27,953 nucleotides of DNA from Dehalococcoidia bacterium (GTDB lineage: Bacteria > Chloroflexota > Dehalococcoidia > UBA6926): assembly GCA_012271225.1 (NCBI GenBank), contig JAAXGS010000083.1, positions 1-27,953 on the forward strand. Reading direction: 5' to 3'. This document shows positions 8,401-17,562 of the stretch, piece after piece. Numbering within the stretch: the first letter of the stretch is position 1; every line of letters starts with the position of its first letter. Under the pieces are notes generated by a model that was given only the letters and a program-made list of their open reading frames with translations, had not been told where the DNA came from and searched no databases. A program made the position numbers and the translations under genes.

Positions 8401-9908
8401 CGCTGCCACGTCACCGTCAGACCCTCATCGGACGCTGTGTAGACTGCCAACGAGGTGGGCATTGAGGGCGGCTCCGCCACATCGGTCACCATCACCGTCA
8501 GAGCCACTGATGCCGTGCCGCCCCGTCCGTCACTGGCGACGACCGAGAACAGGCGCCTCGTCTGAGCCTCAAAGTCCAGGACGGCGTTGGGGGCCACCGA
8601 CACCTGACCGTTCACAATCTCAAAGGAGTCCGCGTCCGCCCCCTCCAGGCTCAGGGTGACGGCGTCGCCGTTCGGATCGGTCGCGGTGAATTGTTGATCG
8701 TCGATGAGTCCTGTCGAATTCTCCGGGATCTGGAGGGTGCGTGTGCGATAGCCGCTGATGATCGGGTCCGCGTTCGGCGGCGGCCCGGGGATGCGCACCC
8801 TGTAGGAGCCGCCCGCCCCCATGACGGTCTCTGATGTTGTCCATTGCGCATGGCGGGCAACACTGGATGGATGGGTCGCGTCATCAAACGCGAAGCCGAA
8901 CTCGTTAATGAGCAGGGTAAAACCGTCCAGGCTGTCCATTGTCGCGTCGTCCGCGAAGTTGATCTGCACCTCGCCGTTGCTCGGACGATAGACAAGATCG
9001 ATAATCGTGTGACTCTGCCCGTCCAGATCGAACCCCCGGGACGGGAATTCGCCGAAGATCGCAGATGTGGCGACGTCAAAGCCATAGCCGATGTCGGAGC
9101 CGTCACCGTCGGCGGCGGCGGTCAGTGTGCCGCAAAAGACATCGTTCGACTGGCAGCCGGCGGCCGTTGTGGCCGTGCCGGTGGCTGACCAGAAGCTCGG
9201 GCCCTCGTCATTCTCTGCCAGCAGCCGCACCTCATACGTGCTGTCCCGCGACAGATCCGTGATCGTCACCCACGTTTCCGCTGCCGTCGCCGGCCAGTCT
9301 GACCAGTCCGCCTCAGGCGTCTGATCGGCCAGCCGATACTGCACGTCATAGTCATTGACGGGGGGGCCGTGGGAGAACGGCACCGTCCAGGACACCAGAA
9401 GCCTGCTGGCGGACACCACAACCACCGTCGGCGCGTCCGGGGCCTGTGGAGGCTCCGCGACGTCCTGGATCTGCACGGTCACCGCCGCCGTCGCGGAATT
9501 CGTTCCGTCATTGGCCGTGACGGTGATCTCATAGGATGTCAGGCCGGACTCAAAGTTGAGGAACTGCCCGCCCGCCACCGTCAGGACGCCGGTGGCGGGG
9601 TCGATGGCGAAGACCGACGCGTCCGCCCCCCCCAGGCTCCAGGTGATGGTGGCTGTGGGGTCCGGGCTCTCAGCCGTGAACGTGTAGACGTAGATGGTGT
9701 TCTCGTTCAGGGGGATCACCCCCATGGCCGGCTCGTTGGTGATGGCCAGCGCCGCCTGCGCGTCAGGCGCGGCAAACACCGCGCCCGTCTGCGCTGTGAA
9801 CGGGACGGCGTAGGCTGCAACCGTTAACGCCGCCAGCAGAGCCAGCGGCGCCTGACGTCGGATTCCCTGCAGGAAGTTGGTGAAAGCCATAACCGGCCTG
9901 AACGTCAT
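2430..9908 (-). CDS. Giant cell-surface adhesin-like protein (2492 aa): signal peptide, ~7 cadherin-like, 6 fibronectin type III, Calx-beta-like and Ig-like domains, Pro/Thr linker, C-terminal TM anchor
   Basis: Cadherin motifs (V.EN...; LDFE/LNFE/FDYE; VTVTD), Fn3 motifs (L.V.W..P.N.GP.I..YDV.Y...L.P.T.Y..RVRA.N.EG...WS), Calx-beta-like TIVDDD, (PT/PS)n tract at 2541-3008, hydrophobic helix + RRT tail. Confidence 0.92.
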   Translation of the reverse strand: MTFRPVMAFTNFLQGIRRQAPLALLAALTVAAYAVPFTAQTGAVFAAPDAQAALAITNEPAMGVIPLNENTIYVYTFTAESPDPTATITWSLGGADASVFAIDPATGVLTVAGGQFLNFESGLTSYEITVTANDGTNSATAAVTVQIQDVAEPPQAPDAPTVVVVSASRLLVSWTVPFSHGPPVNDYDVQYRLADQTPEADWSDWPATAAETWVTITDLSRDSTYEVRLLAENDEGPSFWSATGTATTAAGCQSNDVFCGTLTAAADGDGSDIGYGFDVATSAIFGEFPSRGFDLDGQSHTIIDLVYRPSNGEVQINFADDATMDSLDGFTLLINEFGFAFDDATHPSSVARHAQWTTSETVMGAGGSYRVRIPGPPPNADPIISGYRTRTLQIPENSTGLIDDQQFTATDPNGDAVTLSLEGADADSFEIVNGQVSVAPNAVLDFEAQTRRLFSVVASDGRGGTASVALTVMVTDVAEPPSMPTSLAVYTASDEGLTVTWQRPDNQGKPAIDGYDVQYCDSSTGCDDAGDWTTWTSDDTDSREVFAIITGLTADTEYTVRVRARNNEGEGAWSATATGTPSACLPTDVFCATLTAGVNSDSSAIGWHSDDQASLSFGSLSPAQFTYDSTQYEIGTLTYVPGDNLLNLDLDAQTTVDSLDALTLHIGDAAFPFSDATHAMDVASNGQWTVTEAVFSDGGTYTVRIPAPVPVIYSFYLFSQRIFTDPITETMEEDWDRENRLEVLVADRPDQSERITWGLIGEDGAAFTVVADTDTRASLFARDDAAIDYESGKTLYSMTLIAIDESGRTGRVGLEVTILNAVEPPGRVNRPTVIPLSRDSLRVTWTAPDNPGPSITEYDLRYRSRPSGDWTDAGHNSTDTMATLTGLNPDTLYQAQVRALSRDGTNAWSESGSGRTEGYTRGVVLAPQRLNVQENPDDGVSTYTVRLAGEPSDPVSVTLSSPPSPATFEPPTLTFTPDDWSTPQTVNVQLASEPSEQVSITLSPKSPVPLTFDPPTLTFTSANWDTPQTATAWLTILPVEPETITLSTDRPDPVTFEPTTLTFTPANWATPQTITVSGVDNRIDNAPRTWEILHTVDGESIVNSLPISVIDDDPLPRATFSMNGEINEARGSTTIRLRLDRPSDWDIEYEFSILPLPPAVAADFTVSPDRAVNVVRVPAGLTRTPAADGVTVTAVNNSVHTGDKTLTVSAVADATQRSLFPPYRLLTIVDDDEPRLVVSRTSLSVTEAAGTSHSRTYTIRPYGQPSSAVTVSIVANPSYVGEDIITVSPASMTFTPDNWNTPQTVTVTAVDDDQDDDHPFAPIDRDQRTTTITHTATGPSEYDGLTASVHVTVVDDDENSAPVPASDPMEFTVTENLPANTEVGYMSATDADGDTLTFGLTGFGRNLFSLGVSTGRIVALASLNHEDPMLSSAHNNAWVLTGTVTDGKTTESFTVRINVGDVDEPPGKPDAPTQLRGDPAQLALEWERPTNTGPPITDFDVHYREVGTTTWMAVAHDGTSTNTVITGLTVGTDYEARVRATNAEGTGEWSEPGRTPPIIEDFEDEVDVEVQENTTGVIHTLALTSGGYDTFTWDLSGQDAALFTIDAGALSVADDATLDFETAPSLTFIVIVTDPVGITDTITVNVTVTDDDSEAPSDPDTVTVTAPSKTSLTIEWSEPDNTGPPITDYDVRYGETPLLTSPDPLPADCENIDTYCGTMTAQLSGTTTGFAGQGSAQGSLSPETFMYEGVEYTIQTLVEDDQGYVTFAVIQSQDVSLFDALALHLNGAQYAFADAENPLSEQARWPLAAGATSLTDGTDYVVRITGPKPAASWIEWQSGMTITDRSVTVTGLTVNTLYSIQVRATNDEGTGAWSVTESGSTPLPNEPPVFTDGATATRSVSENLILGSPFDSPVAAVDADADTLTYSLGGADAAHFGIVPDSGRLETAAVFDYEARSSYTVDVRVSDGKGPDDSADAAIDATITVTIQIINEDEPGAASLAPLEFLVETELTATISDIDGGVTAVTWLWERSPDYDSTLMTGTWTAITGADQAMYTLTVDDVGHFVRATGFYTDNHGSGKSVSAVTPVLIPNRVPTFDEGAHTTRSVEENTVAGAAIGMPVSATDPETADRLTYSLSGPDMEFFRLNPSNGSLLTFAPLDFESKESYEVDVHVTDGRAVYGIEDLSADDTITVTIEIVDLNERPLRLAPPHVNYATAYSLRVTWMPRDNTGRPPVSDYEVQYREVGSGAWRNWESSVISTLNTTMLTGLDPVTRYEARVRAENDEGLSDWSSPSSGMTRLIPTPRPAVTPTPQPTVIPTSTPRPIRTPRPIGTTTPGIILPPLPTPSPTPTPSPTPTPTATPSPTPSPSPTPTATPTPTPSPSPTPSPSPTPSPTPAPTPTLTPTPSPLPSPTVTPTLTASATPTSTATATATATATVTVTATVTTTPTPTPTPTIQPPAAGTNPLLLVAIGVTVLVAAAAIAWLLGFPRRT
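2541..3008 (-). repeat. Low-complexity Pro/Thr/Ser/Ala coding repeat (linker)
   Basis: [21 protein letters not shown]...[13 protein letters not shown]; degenerate 6-nt periodicity in the DNA. Confidence 0.9.
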
Positions 9909-10136
9909 GAGGAAACGGGCAGCGCGCCGCCACGGCTAGCCTGTTGTGAGTTACAGTGCGCCACGCATGCTCCAGTGCAGATTGTTCCGCCCGCTTCGCC
10001 GTCACGCTCACAGGGAGGCGTCGCCCCCCCGTGACGCCTCGACACGCCTCAGGACAATTCAGTGATTATCCTGGCCGCAATCCCCGGCAGAACGACGCCT
10101 GTCGAGGGCAGTGCCAATCGCGGCACAACTGGCTAT

Positions 10137-10145
10137 AGAATAGCA
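10137..10145 (-). promoter_or_regulatory. Candidate extended -10 promoter for the adhesin, implying a ~220-nt 5' leader
   Basis: Minus strand TG-C-TATTCT, within the small inverted repeat GCTAT-aga-ATAGC. Confidence 0.4.
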
Positions 10146-10234
10146 TTCTGCGTCATTCCTAACCAGAGCCTGCGCGGCCACCGGATCAGGGGTGACGCGC
10201 CCCCCTGCACCGAACCGTCACGCGGCGCGCGGGC

Positions 10235-13093
10235 TCAACTCCCGTCTGCGCCCCGCCCCAGCAGGAATCCCTTGACCTCATTGCTGTAGCGCTGATAGGC
10301 GAGGCCGGTTGCCAAGAGCAGGATGCCGAGCGTGACGAACGCGGCGACGCGGTAGACCGCTTCGAGTTGAAAGACGTCGAAGGCAAAGAGCTTCACAACG
10401 GCAACGGCAAGCACGCCCAGACCGGCCAGACGGACGCGGCTGTCGTTCAGGACAATGCCGACCGCGATAGCGCCAATGCCGTACGCGGCCCACAGCACGG
10501 TCAACGTCAGCTGCATCGCGTCCGTTTGATCCACGCTCAGCCGCGTTTCCTGAACGGCGAAATAGTGGATCGCCTCCAGGCTCAGCGTCCACAGGGCGAG
10601 CGCGGCGGCCGCGGCGGGCAGCCATCGGAACACGGCGAGCTCCTCCTCCGGCAGCTGCCGCAGCGGGGAGCGGAACACCCACGCGATGACGGCCAGGACC
10701 GCCACGACCGCGGCGTTGACGAGGAAGTGATAGTTGAGGATAAGGGTGTGCGCGTCTGGGTCCGGTTCAATTATCAGGGTGTCCACCCACAGGAGCTTGA
10801 CCCCGGTCAGCGCCATGAGCGCGAGCCCGCCAAGCCGCGCGAATCTGATGTTCCGCCATAGCCCCACGGCCAGCAGCGCGGCGGCGTAGAGGGACCAGAC
10901 AAGGGTCAGCGTCAGCAGCATCACGCCCTGTTGGTCAGCGTCCAGCCGCGTTTCCTGAACGGCGAAATAGTGGATCGCCTCCAGACTCAGCGTCCACAGG
11001 GCGAGCGCGGCGGCCGCGGCGGGCAGCCATCGGAAGACCGCGAACTCCTGCTGCGGCAGCTGCCGCAGCGTGGCGCGGAACGCCCACGCGATGACGGCCA
11101 GGACCGCCACGAAGGCGGCGTTGGTGAGGAAGTGATAGTTGAGGATGAGGGTGTGCACGGATGCGTCCGGTTCAATCGTGAAGGTGTCCACCCACAGGAG
11201 CTTGGCCGCGGCCAGCGCCATGAGCGCGAGACCGCCAATCCGCGCGAATCGATTGTTCCGCCATAGCCCCACGGTCAGCAGCGCGGCGGCGTAGAGGGAC
11301 CAGACGAGGGTCAGCGTCAACAGGAACCCGGCCTCCGCCGCCTCATCCGTCCCCAGTGAGCGCCCCGCGCGCTCCGCCGCGTCATCGAAATACAGGAACA
11401 CCTGCAGGGTGAGCAGGATCACCGTCAGGACATTGGCCGCGGCGAGCAGCCCTATCCTCACACTCCCCTCGTATTCCTCAATGATGAACTCCCGATACCG
11501 GTGGTACAGATACGCCGCCGCGTACAGCGCGGTGATGACAAAGGCATAGACGATGAACCATGCGTTCAGGACAACGGTGAATGCCTCCGCGTCCGTGTCC
11601 ACTCCGTTGACCAGCAGGTACCCCGCCGCGAGTGTCAGGATGCCAAGTCCAAAGCCGCGTGAAAGAGCGCGCCTGAGCATGAAACCGCTCCAGACAAGGA
11701 CGGCGCCCTCCGCGGCCCAGGCCATCGTCAGCCATACGGGGGAGGTGAATCGCAGCGGGATGGCGATGGTCAGGAACACGATCGCGGTGGGCAGGGCGAT
11801 CATCGCCACCCGGAGCGGCGCGCCCGGCCGGGCGTAGGCCGCGTAGGCGATCAGGAAGTAGAGCGCGGAGAGCGCAAGCGCGATCAGCCACAGGTATTCC
11901 GCATAGCTTTCCCGCAGCACAAGCACGCTCAACCCGAAGAACGCGAAGCTGTTTCCGACAACCAGCGCCATGTCCAACGGATCGGGAATGCGCCGCCAGA
12001 GAACGTGGAACAGCGTTGTTGCCCCGGTGAACAGCAGAAAGATGATCGTCAGTCCCGCCTGAAACAGGCGGGGGTCGGTGTCCTGAAACTGCCAGTAGCC
12101 CAGTGAGAACAGCCCGTAGGAGCCGAGCCACCCGGCAAGCGTGAACCAGCGCCAGTTGCGGACGGACGCGACGGCGAAGATGCCGAGATCAATCACCACG
12201 ATGTACGGCAGGATCAGCCGCACGTCCGGCAGCTCCGCCGCCAGGAGGATCGGCAGTTCCCTCCCTGAGAGGATCGGCCGTTCTGTCCCAGGGAGGATCG
12301 GCGCGATGAACGCGCCCAGGATTCCCAGGAATCCGATCACGCGGGAGTCGTAGCGGACGGCGAGGGCAACGGCCAGCGCGACCACGACGCCCAGCGCCAG
12401 AAAGGCGACGACCGGCGGGACCATCTCATAGAGCGCGTACGCCGCGTAGATGGAGATGTACAGCGTGGCCGCGCCGCCGGCCGTCACGGCCTGTGACCAC
12501 GTGGGCACGCGCCGCTGCATGTACTCGCCCACGCCCAGCAGCGCGGCTCCGGCGGCTATTCCCAACAGGATGCGGCCCCGCTCATCAATCCATTCGTTCT
12601 CAAACGACAGCAAGAGAAAGAACCCGATGCCCAGCGCCAGCGCCAACGCGCCGATGATGGCGAGCCAATTCCTGCCCAGCAGGCTCTCCCAGTCGATCCT
12701 CTCCACGTTGATGGACGGGAACGGGAGCGGCATTTCACCGGTTTGCGGCGCGCGGCGCGGGGGCTGCCCGGCGCGAGGCGCTGCCGCTTGGGGTGGGGGC
12801 GTTGGCGCGGCGGGAGGCGTTTGGGACGGTGGCGTTGGCGTAGCGGCAGGTGATGCTTGGGGCGGTGGCGTGGGGGCGGCGCCGGGCCGCTGTTGTCCCA
12901 ACTGCGACTGCAGCCAGTCCAGCCGCGCGGTCAATCCCTCAATCTGCTGACGGATCCGCAGAAACTCGCCCTGCAGTCGCCGCGCGTCCTCATCCCCGCC
13001 GGGCGCGGCGGTCAGCGGGTTGCCGCATGAGGCGCAATAGACGCTGCCGGGCGGATTGGCCCCACTGCAGACTGAACAGATGACAGCGCTCAC
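10235..13093 (-). CDS. DUF2339-family multi-pass membrane protein with N-terminal zinc ribbon (952 aa)
   Basis: CxxC-x10-CxxC, coiled coil, Pro-rich linker, then WESLLGRNWLAIIGALALALGIGFFL...WID..GRILLG and C-terminal KLFAFDV..L....RVAAF..LG.LLL, typical of DUF2339; GTG start. Confidence 0.85.
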   Translation of the reverse strand: MSAVICSVCSGANPPGSVYCASCGNPLTAAPGGDEDARRLQGEFLRIRQQIEGLTARLDWLQSQLGQQRPGAAPTPPPQASPAATPTPPSQTPPAAPTPPPQAAAPRAGQPPRRAPQTGEMPLPFPSINVERIDWESLLGRNWLAIIGALALALGIGFFLLLSFENEWIDERGRILLGIAAGAALLGVGEYMQRRVPTWSQAVTAGGAATLYISIYAAYALYEMVPPVVAFLALGVVVALAVALAVRYDSRVIGFLGILGAFIAPILPGTERPILSGRELPILLAAELPDVRLILPYIVVIDLGIFAVASVRNWRWFTLAGWLGSYGLFSLGYWQFQDTDPRLFQAGLTIIFLLFTGATTLFHVLWRRIPDPLDMALVVGNSFAFFGLSVLVLRESYAEYLWLIALALSALYFLIAYAAYARPGAPLRVAMIALPTAIVFLTIAIPLRFTSPVWLTMAWAAEGAVLVWSGFMLRRALSRGFGLGILTLAAGYLLVNGVDTDAEAFTVVLNAWFIVYAFVITALYAAAYLYHRYREFIIEEYEGSVRIGLLAAANVLTVILLTLQVFLYFDDAAERAGRSLGTDEAAEAGFLLTLTLVWSLYAAALLTVGLWRNNRFARIGGLALMALAAAKLLWVDTFTIEPDASVHTLILNYHFLTNAAFVAVLAVIAWAFRATLRQLPQQEFAVFRWLPAAAAALALWTLSLEAIHYFAVQETRLDADQQGVMLLTLTLVWSLYAAALLAVGLWRNIRFARLGGLALMALTGVKLLWVDTLIIEPDPDAHTLILNYHFLVNAAVVAVLAVIAWVFRSPLRQLPEEELAVFRWLPAAAAALALWTLSLEAIHYFAVQETRLSVDQTDAMQLTLTVLWAAYGIGAIAVGIVLNDSRVRLAGLGVLAVAVVKLFAFDVFQLEAVYRVAAFVTLGILLLATGLAYQRYSNEVKGFLLGRGADGS
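10517..11326 (-). repeat. Tandem 405-nt (135-aa) intragenic duplication
   Basis: Units 10922-11326 and 10517-10921; 110/135 aa identical by hand count, with long identical nucleotide runs. Confidence 0.92.
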
Positions 13094-13285
13094 GGTCGGC
13101 CCCTGCCCTCGCGGTGGATGCGGCGATGCCCCAACTCCACAAGGTTCTTGCTGCGCACACTATATCCGTATTCCGCGCGGGGGGCGTCACACACGGCAGG
13201 GGTGATACGGCGCGCGGCGAGGCATCCGCTCTGTGAGCGAGGCGGTGACGGCGGGAGTCCCGCGGACTGACCGCCGGCGGGCGGA

Positions 13286-13294
13286 TGGTATAAT
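13286..13294 (+). promoter_or_regulatory. Extended -10 promoter upstream of ppsA
   Basis: TG-G-TATAAT, perfect consensus, ~90 nt before the ATG at 13383. Confidence 0.65.
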
Positions 13295-13382
13295 TCGCAT
13301 CGGCATGGCGCGGGCGCGCATGCGGACCGCGCGGCGTCCCCTGGTGGGAGGGCGCTCGAAGAGTCCTGAGGGGGGTACAGGC

Positions 13383-15737
13383 ATGTCAGACGGCGTCGTT
13401 GACGTTTCGCACACCATGCGGACGCGCGATCTTACGAATGCAGCCAAACGGCAGGCGTCCCTGCTGTGGTTCACGGAAGTCACTTCAGATGATCTTGCGC
13501 TGGCCGGCGGCAAGGGAGCCAACCTGGGCGAGATGACCCGCCGCGGCGCGCCCGTCCCGCCCGGCTTCGTCGTCACGGTTGTCGCCTATCAGCAGTTTCT
13601 GCGGGACAACGGGCTGGAGGCTCGAATTCGGGACATACTGGACGGCATCGACGTCAATCAGTCCACCGCGCTCGTTCAGGCGGCGGCGGCCGCGCAGGCC
13701 GTCATCATGGATGCCCCGTTATCGCAGGACCTGGCGCGGGAGATCGGAGAGGCCTACCGCGCCATGGGCGGGGGGCACGTGGCGGTCCGCTCATCCGCCA
13801 CCGCGGAGGACCTGCCGGACGCGTCATTCGCCGGTCAGCAGCGCACATATCTCAACGTTGAGGGCATCGACCGGGTTCTTGAGACCGTCAAGGGGTGCTG
13901 GGCCAGCCTGTTTGAGGCCCGCGCCATCTTCTACCGCGCTGAGCAAAACTTCAGTCAGTTTGCCGTCGGCATTGCCGTGCCGGTGCAGCGGATGGTGCAG
14001 TCTGAGATCTCCGGCGTCATGTTCACGGCGGAGCCGAACAAGAGCGACCGCTCCCGGGTGCTGATTGAGGCCGTGTACGGTCTTGGCGAGTCCGTTGTCT
14101 CCGGCGCGGTCACGCCGGACTCCTATCTGCTCCAAAAGGACGGCCTGCAGGTGCTTGAGAAGCGGCTTGTTCCGCAGAACCGCATGCTGATCAGAAACCC
14201 CAACGCCGCCGGCGCGCATGACCTGAACCATGAGGTGGACGTGCCCGCGGAGCTCTCCCGCTCCTACAAGCTCACGGACGGGCAGCTGGCGGAGATGGTC
14301 CGGCACGGACTCACCCTTGAGGAGGCGTACAACCACCCGCAGGACATCGAATGGGCCATTGAGGGCGGCACGTTCTACATCACGCAGACCCGGCCGATTA
14401 CGACCCTGCAGAGCGTTGGCGAGTCCGAGGGGCTGACGGTGGATGTCACGGACTATCCCCTGCTGCTGCAGGGCACGCCGGCCAGCCCCGGCAGCGCGAG
14501 CGGAAAGGTCGTCGTCCTGCCAAAGATCGACGAGACCTCACTGGATCAGTTGGGGCGCGTGCAGAACGGCGACGTTCTGGTGACGGAGATGACGACGCCG
14601 GACTACGTGCCCGCCATGAAGCGCGCGGGCGCAATCATCACCGACCACGGCGGACGCACCGCCCATGCCGCCATCATCTCGCGCGAGCTCAGCATCCCCT
14701 GCGTCGTCGGCACGGGCGCGGCGACGGCAACATTGTCGGATGGCCGGACCGTCACCGTCGACGGCTCCACCGGGCGCGTCTATGAGGGGGCGGTTCCGGG
14801 CGCCGGAGAGGAGATCAGCGAGGACGATGCCGCGGCGCATCTGCGGACGCAAACGAACGTGTACGTCAACCTTGCGGAGCCGGACCTGGCGGACGTCATC
14901 GCGGCCCGCAACGTGGACGGCGTTGGACTGCTGCGCGCGGAGTTCATCGTCGCGCGGATCGGGGAGCACCCGCGCCAGATGATGGAGGAGGGGCGGGGCG
15001 AGGAGTTCACGCAGCGGGTTGAGGACGGGCTGCTCAAGTTCGCTGCAGCCTTTGATCCCAGACCGGTCATCTACCGCACCACGGATTTCAAGACGAACGA
15101 ATACCGCAACCTGCGGGGCGGAGACCGCTACGAGCCGGAGGAGGAGAACCCGATGATCGGGTATCGGGGGGCGGGGCGCTACGTCAAGGAGCCGGACCTC
15201 TTCGCTCTGGAGATCGAGGCCGTCCGCCGCGTGCGCGTCCGGCACCCGAACCTGCACGTGATGATCCCGTTCGTCCGCACTGTCGATGAACTCATCCACA
15301 CCAAGGCGCTGCTGGAGCAGTACGGCCTGCGCCGCGGTGATGACGGGTTCAAGCTCTGGATGATGGCGGAGGTGCCCTCAAACGTCATCCTGTTGGAGGA
15401 GTTCATCAACGTTGGCATAGACGGCGTGTCCATCGGCTCCAATGATCTGACGCAGCTTGTCCTTGGCGTGGACCGCGACAGCGCCATCCTTGCGGAGGAT
15501 TTTGATGAGCGGAATGAGGCCGTCATGCGCGCCCTGGAGACAATCGTCACCACGGCCGCCCGTCTGGGCGTCACGTGCGGCATCTGCGGGCAGGCGCCCA
15601 GCTTCTTCCCGGAATTGACGGCAAAGCTGGTGGAGTGGGGCATCACGTCCGTCAGCGTCTCGCCGGATGTCATTAACCACACGCGCCGCATCGTCCATGA
15701 CGTGGAGACCGCCCGCTCCGGCGGCCACGCCGCCTGA
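13383..15737 (+). CDS. ppsA: Phosphoenolpyruvate synthase (pyruvate, water dikinase)
   Basis: GGKGANLGEM, AVRSSATAEDLPDASFAGQQ, DIEWAI, QTRPITT, phospho-His motif GGRTAHAAIISRE, SIGSNDLTQL, ICGQAP. Start moved to the ATG at 13383 (GAGGGGG RBS). Confidence 0.95.
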   Translation: MSDGVVDVSHTMRTRDLTNAAKRQASLLWFTEVTSDDLALAGGKGANLGEMTRRGAPVPPGFVVTVVAYQQFLRDNGLEARIRDILDGIDVNQSTALVQAAAAAQAVIMDAPLSQDLAREIGEAYRAMGGGHVAVRSSATAEDLPDASFAGQQRTYLNVEGIDRVLETVKGCWASLFEARAIFYRAEQNFSQFAVGIAVPVQRMVQSEISGVMFTAEPNKSDRSRVLIEAVYGLGESVVSGAVTPDSYLLQKDGLQVLEKRLVPQNRMLIRNPNAAGAHDLNHEVDVPAELSRSYKLTDGQLAEMVRHGLTLEEAYNHPQDIEWAIEGGTFYITQTRPITTLQSVGESEGLTVDVTDYPLLLQGTPASPGSASGKVVVLPKIDETSLDQLGRVQNGDVLVTEMTTPDYVPAMKRAGAIITDHGGRTAHAAIISRELSIPCVVGTGAATATLSDGRTVTVDGSTGRVYEGAVPGAGEEISEDDAAAHLRTQTNVYVNLAEPDLADVIAARNVDGVGLLRAEFIVARIGEHPRQMMEEGRGEEFTQRVEDGLLKFAAAFDPRPVIYRTTDFKTNEYRNLRGGDRYEPEEENPMIGYRGAGRYVKEPDLFALEIEAVRRVRVRHPNLHVMIPFVRTVDELIHTKALLEQYGLRRGDDGFKLWMMAEVPSNVILLEEFINVGIDGVSIGSNDLTQLVLGVDRDSAILAEDFDERNEAVMRALETIVTTAARLGVTCGICGQAPSFFPELTAKLVEWGITSVSVSPDVINHTRRIVHDVETARSGGHAA

Positions 15738-15832
15738 ACAGTCCCCGTGACGCCGCCGCCCACCGTGCGCGTTCCTGTTCCTAACGCCTTTTGGGCTCTG
15801 TGCGTTACACTGGATATTCGTAACTGTTCCAT

Positions 15833-15860
15833 CCGTCAGATTAAGGCCGTCAGATCAAGG
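15833..15860 (+). repeat. 14-bp tandem direct repeat immediately upstream of the ABC operon start
   Basis: CCGTCAGATTAAGG CCGTCAGATCAAGG (1 mismatch), 7 nt before the ATG at 15868. Confidence 0.8.
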
Positions 15861-15867
15861 CGCGGGC

Positions 15868-16812
15868 ATGATTGAGTCTCGAGAGCTGACCAAATACTAC
15901 GGAGACTTTCCTGCAATAGAGGACGTCACCTTCACCGCGGAACCGGGTGAGGTGATCGGCTTTCTTGGCCCGAACGGCGCGGGGAAGACGACGACCATGC
16001 GGATCATCACGGGCTTCACTCCGCCAACGTCCGGCACGGCCATCGTCGCCGGACATGACGTGCAGGAGGAGCCGCTCGCCGCGAGAGCCTCCATCGGCTA
16101 CCTGCCGGAGACCGTCCCCCTATATACGGACATGACCGTGCGGGAGTACCTGCACTACATGGGCGGGCTGCGCGGGATGAGCGGGGCGCGCATCCGCAGC
16201 CGCGTCGATGACGTCTTCGGCCTCTGCCGCCTTGAGGAGTACACGGATTCTCTGGTCAGCAAGCTGTCCAAGGGATACAGGCAGCGCGTTGGCATTGCGC
16301 AGGCAATCCTGCATGAGCCGCCCGTCCTGGTGCTTGATGAGCCGACCATCGGCATCGATCCCCGGCAGGTTGTGGAGACGCGGCAGATTATCCGGGGGCT
16401 GGGCGGCGATCACACCGTTATCCTCTCCACGCACATCCTGCCGGAGGTCAGCATGGTCTGTGACCGTGTGCTCATCATCCATGAGGGACGCATCGTCGTC
16501 ATGGACAGCGCGGAACGGCTTTCCGCCCGGCTTGGCGGCGTGTCCCGCGTCGTCATGGACGTGCGCGGCCCGCGGGCGCAGATAGAGGAGACGCTCGCGC
16601 AGGTGGACGGTGTCGTCAGCGTCGAGATCTCGGACGCGGGCGGGCGGCAGCAATTCGTGGTGGAGTGCGCGCCCGGGCGGGACCTGCGGGTTGATCTGGC
16701 GCGCCGCGTCGCGGAGCACGGTTGGGGACTGGTGGAACTCCGCGCGGTGGGGCTGTCCCTGGAGGAGATCTTCCTGCGCCTGACGACGGAGGATGAGGTG
16801 AGCGCCGCGTGA
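15868..16812 (+). CDS. ABC transporter ATP-binding protein (GldA-like exporter type)
   Basis: Walker A GPNGAGKTT, signature LSKGYRQRVGIA, Walker B LVLDEP, STHIL H-loop. Confidence 0.95.
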   Translation: MIESRELTKYYGDFPAIEDVTFTAEPGEVIGFLGPNGAGKTTTMRIITGFTPPTSGTAIVAGHDVQEEPLAARASIGYLPETVPLYTDMTVREYLHYMGGLRGMSGARIRSRVDDVFGLCRLEEYTDSLVSKLSKGYRQRVGIAQAILHEPPVLVLDEPTIGIDPRQVVETRQIIRGLGGDHTVILSTHILPEVSMVCDRVLIIHEGRIVVMDSAERLSARLGGVSRVVMDVRGPRAQIEETLAQVDGVVSVEISDAGGRQQFVVECAPGRDLRVDLARRVAEHGWGLVELRAVGLSLEEIFLRLTTEDEVSAA

Positions 16813-17552
16813 GCGTGCGAACCGTCCGGACGATTTGGCTGCGGGAACTGCGCTCCTACGCCAACTCCCCCAACGCGTGGGTGATCGCCGCAATCTTTCT
16901 GGGCCTCTCCGGCCTCTCCTTTGCGCTGAGCGTCACCGGCCGCTATCCGGAGGCGACGATCCGCGGCTTTCTCTTTGGCCCCATCGGCCCCATCGGCGCG
17001 TTCTTCCTGACCATTCTGCTCGCGCCCGCCCTGACCATGCGGCTGCTCGCGGAGGAGCAGAAACTGGGAACCATTGAGCTCCTCCTCACCGCTCCCGTCC
17101 GTGACATTGAGATTGTGCTGGGCAAGTATCTCGCCGCCCTGTCCATCCTCTCAAGCATGTACGCCCTGACGCTGTATTTCCCCCTGCTGCTCTTTGCCTT
17201 CGGCAATCCTGACGTCACGCCCCTCCTCACCGGGTATCTGGTGCTGTTCCTTGTCGGCGCGGTCGCGGTGGCCGTGGGGTTGCTGGGGTCCGCGCTGACG
17301 GCCAATCAGATCGTCGCGGCGATAACGTCCCTGGCCATTCTGCTTGTGCTCTGGCTGTTCAACGCCACGGCTGCGCTGGGCAGTCCGGATGACGCGTGGA
17401 CGGACGTTGTGACCTTCCTTGCGCTGAGTGAGCATATCCGTGACATGGCCTTCGGCGTGTTTGACACGCGGGACATCATCTATTTCCTGTCCCTCATTGT
17501 GTTCTTCCTCTTTCTGACGGTGCGGGCCGTGGAGACCCGCCGCTGGCGGTAG
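16809..17552 (+). CDS. ABC-2 permease (GldF-like)
   Basis: LTMRLLAEEQKLGTIELLLTAPVRDIEIVLGKY motif, ~6 TM helices, GTGA overlap with the ATPase stop. Confidence 0.92.
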   Translation: MSVRTVRTIWLRELRSYANSPNAWVIAAIFLGLSGLSFALSVTGRYPEATIRGFLFGPIGPIGAFFLTILLAPALTMRLLAEEQKLGTIELLLTAPVRDIEIVLGKYLAALSILSSMYALTLYFPLLLFAFGNPDVTPLLTGYLVLFLVGAVAVAVGLLGSALTANQIVAAITSLAILLVLWLFNATAALGSPDDAWTDVVTFLALSEHIRDMAFGVFDTRDIIYFLSLIVFFLFLTVRAVETRRWR

Positions 17553-17562
17553 ACAGTCCATC

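Noticed and set aside
13233-13382. 50-codon N-terminal extension of ppsA (and similar extensions at 2243-2278, 23237-23302, 23412-23525)
   Set aside because: These overlap promoter or RBS elements or other genes; downstream starts fit better.
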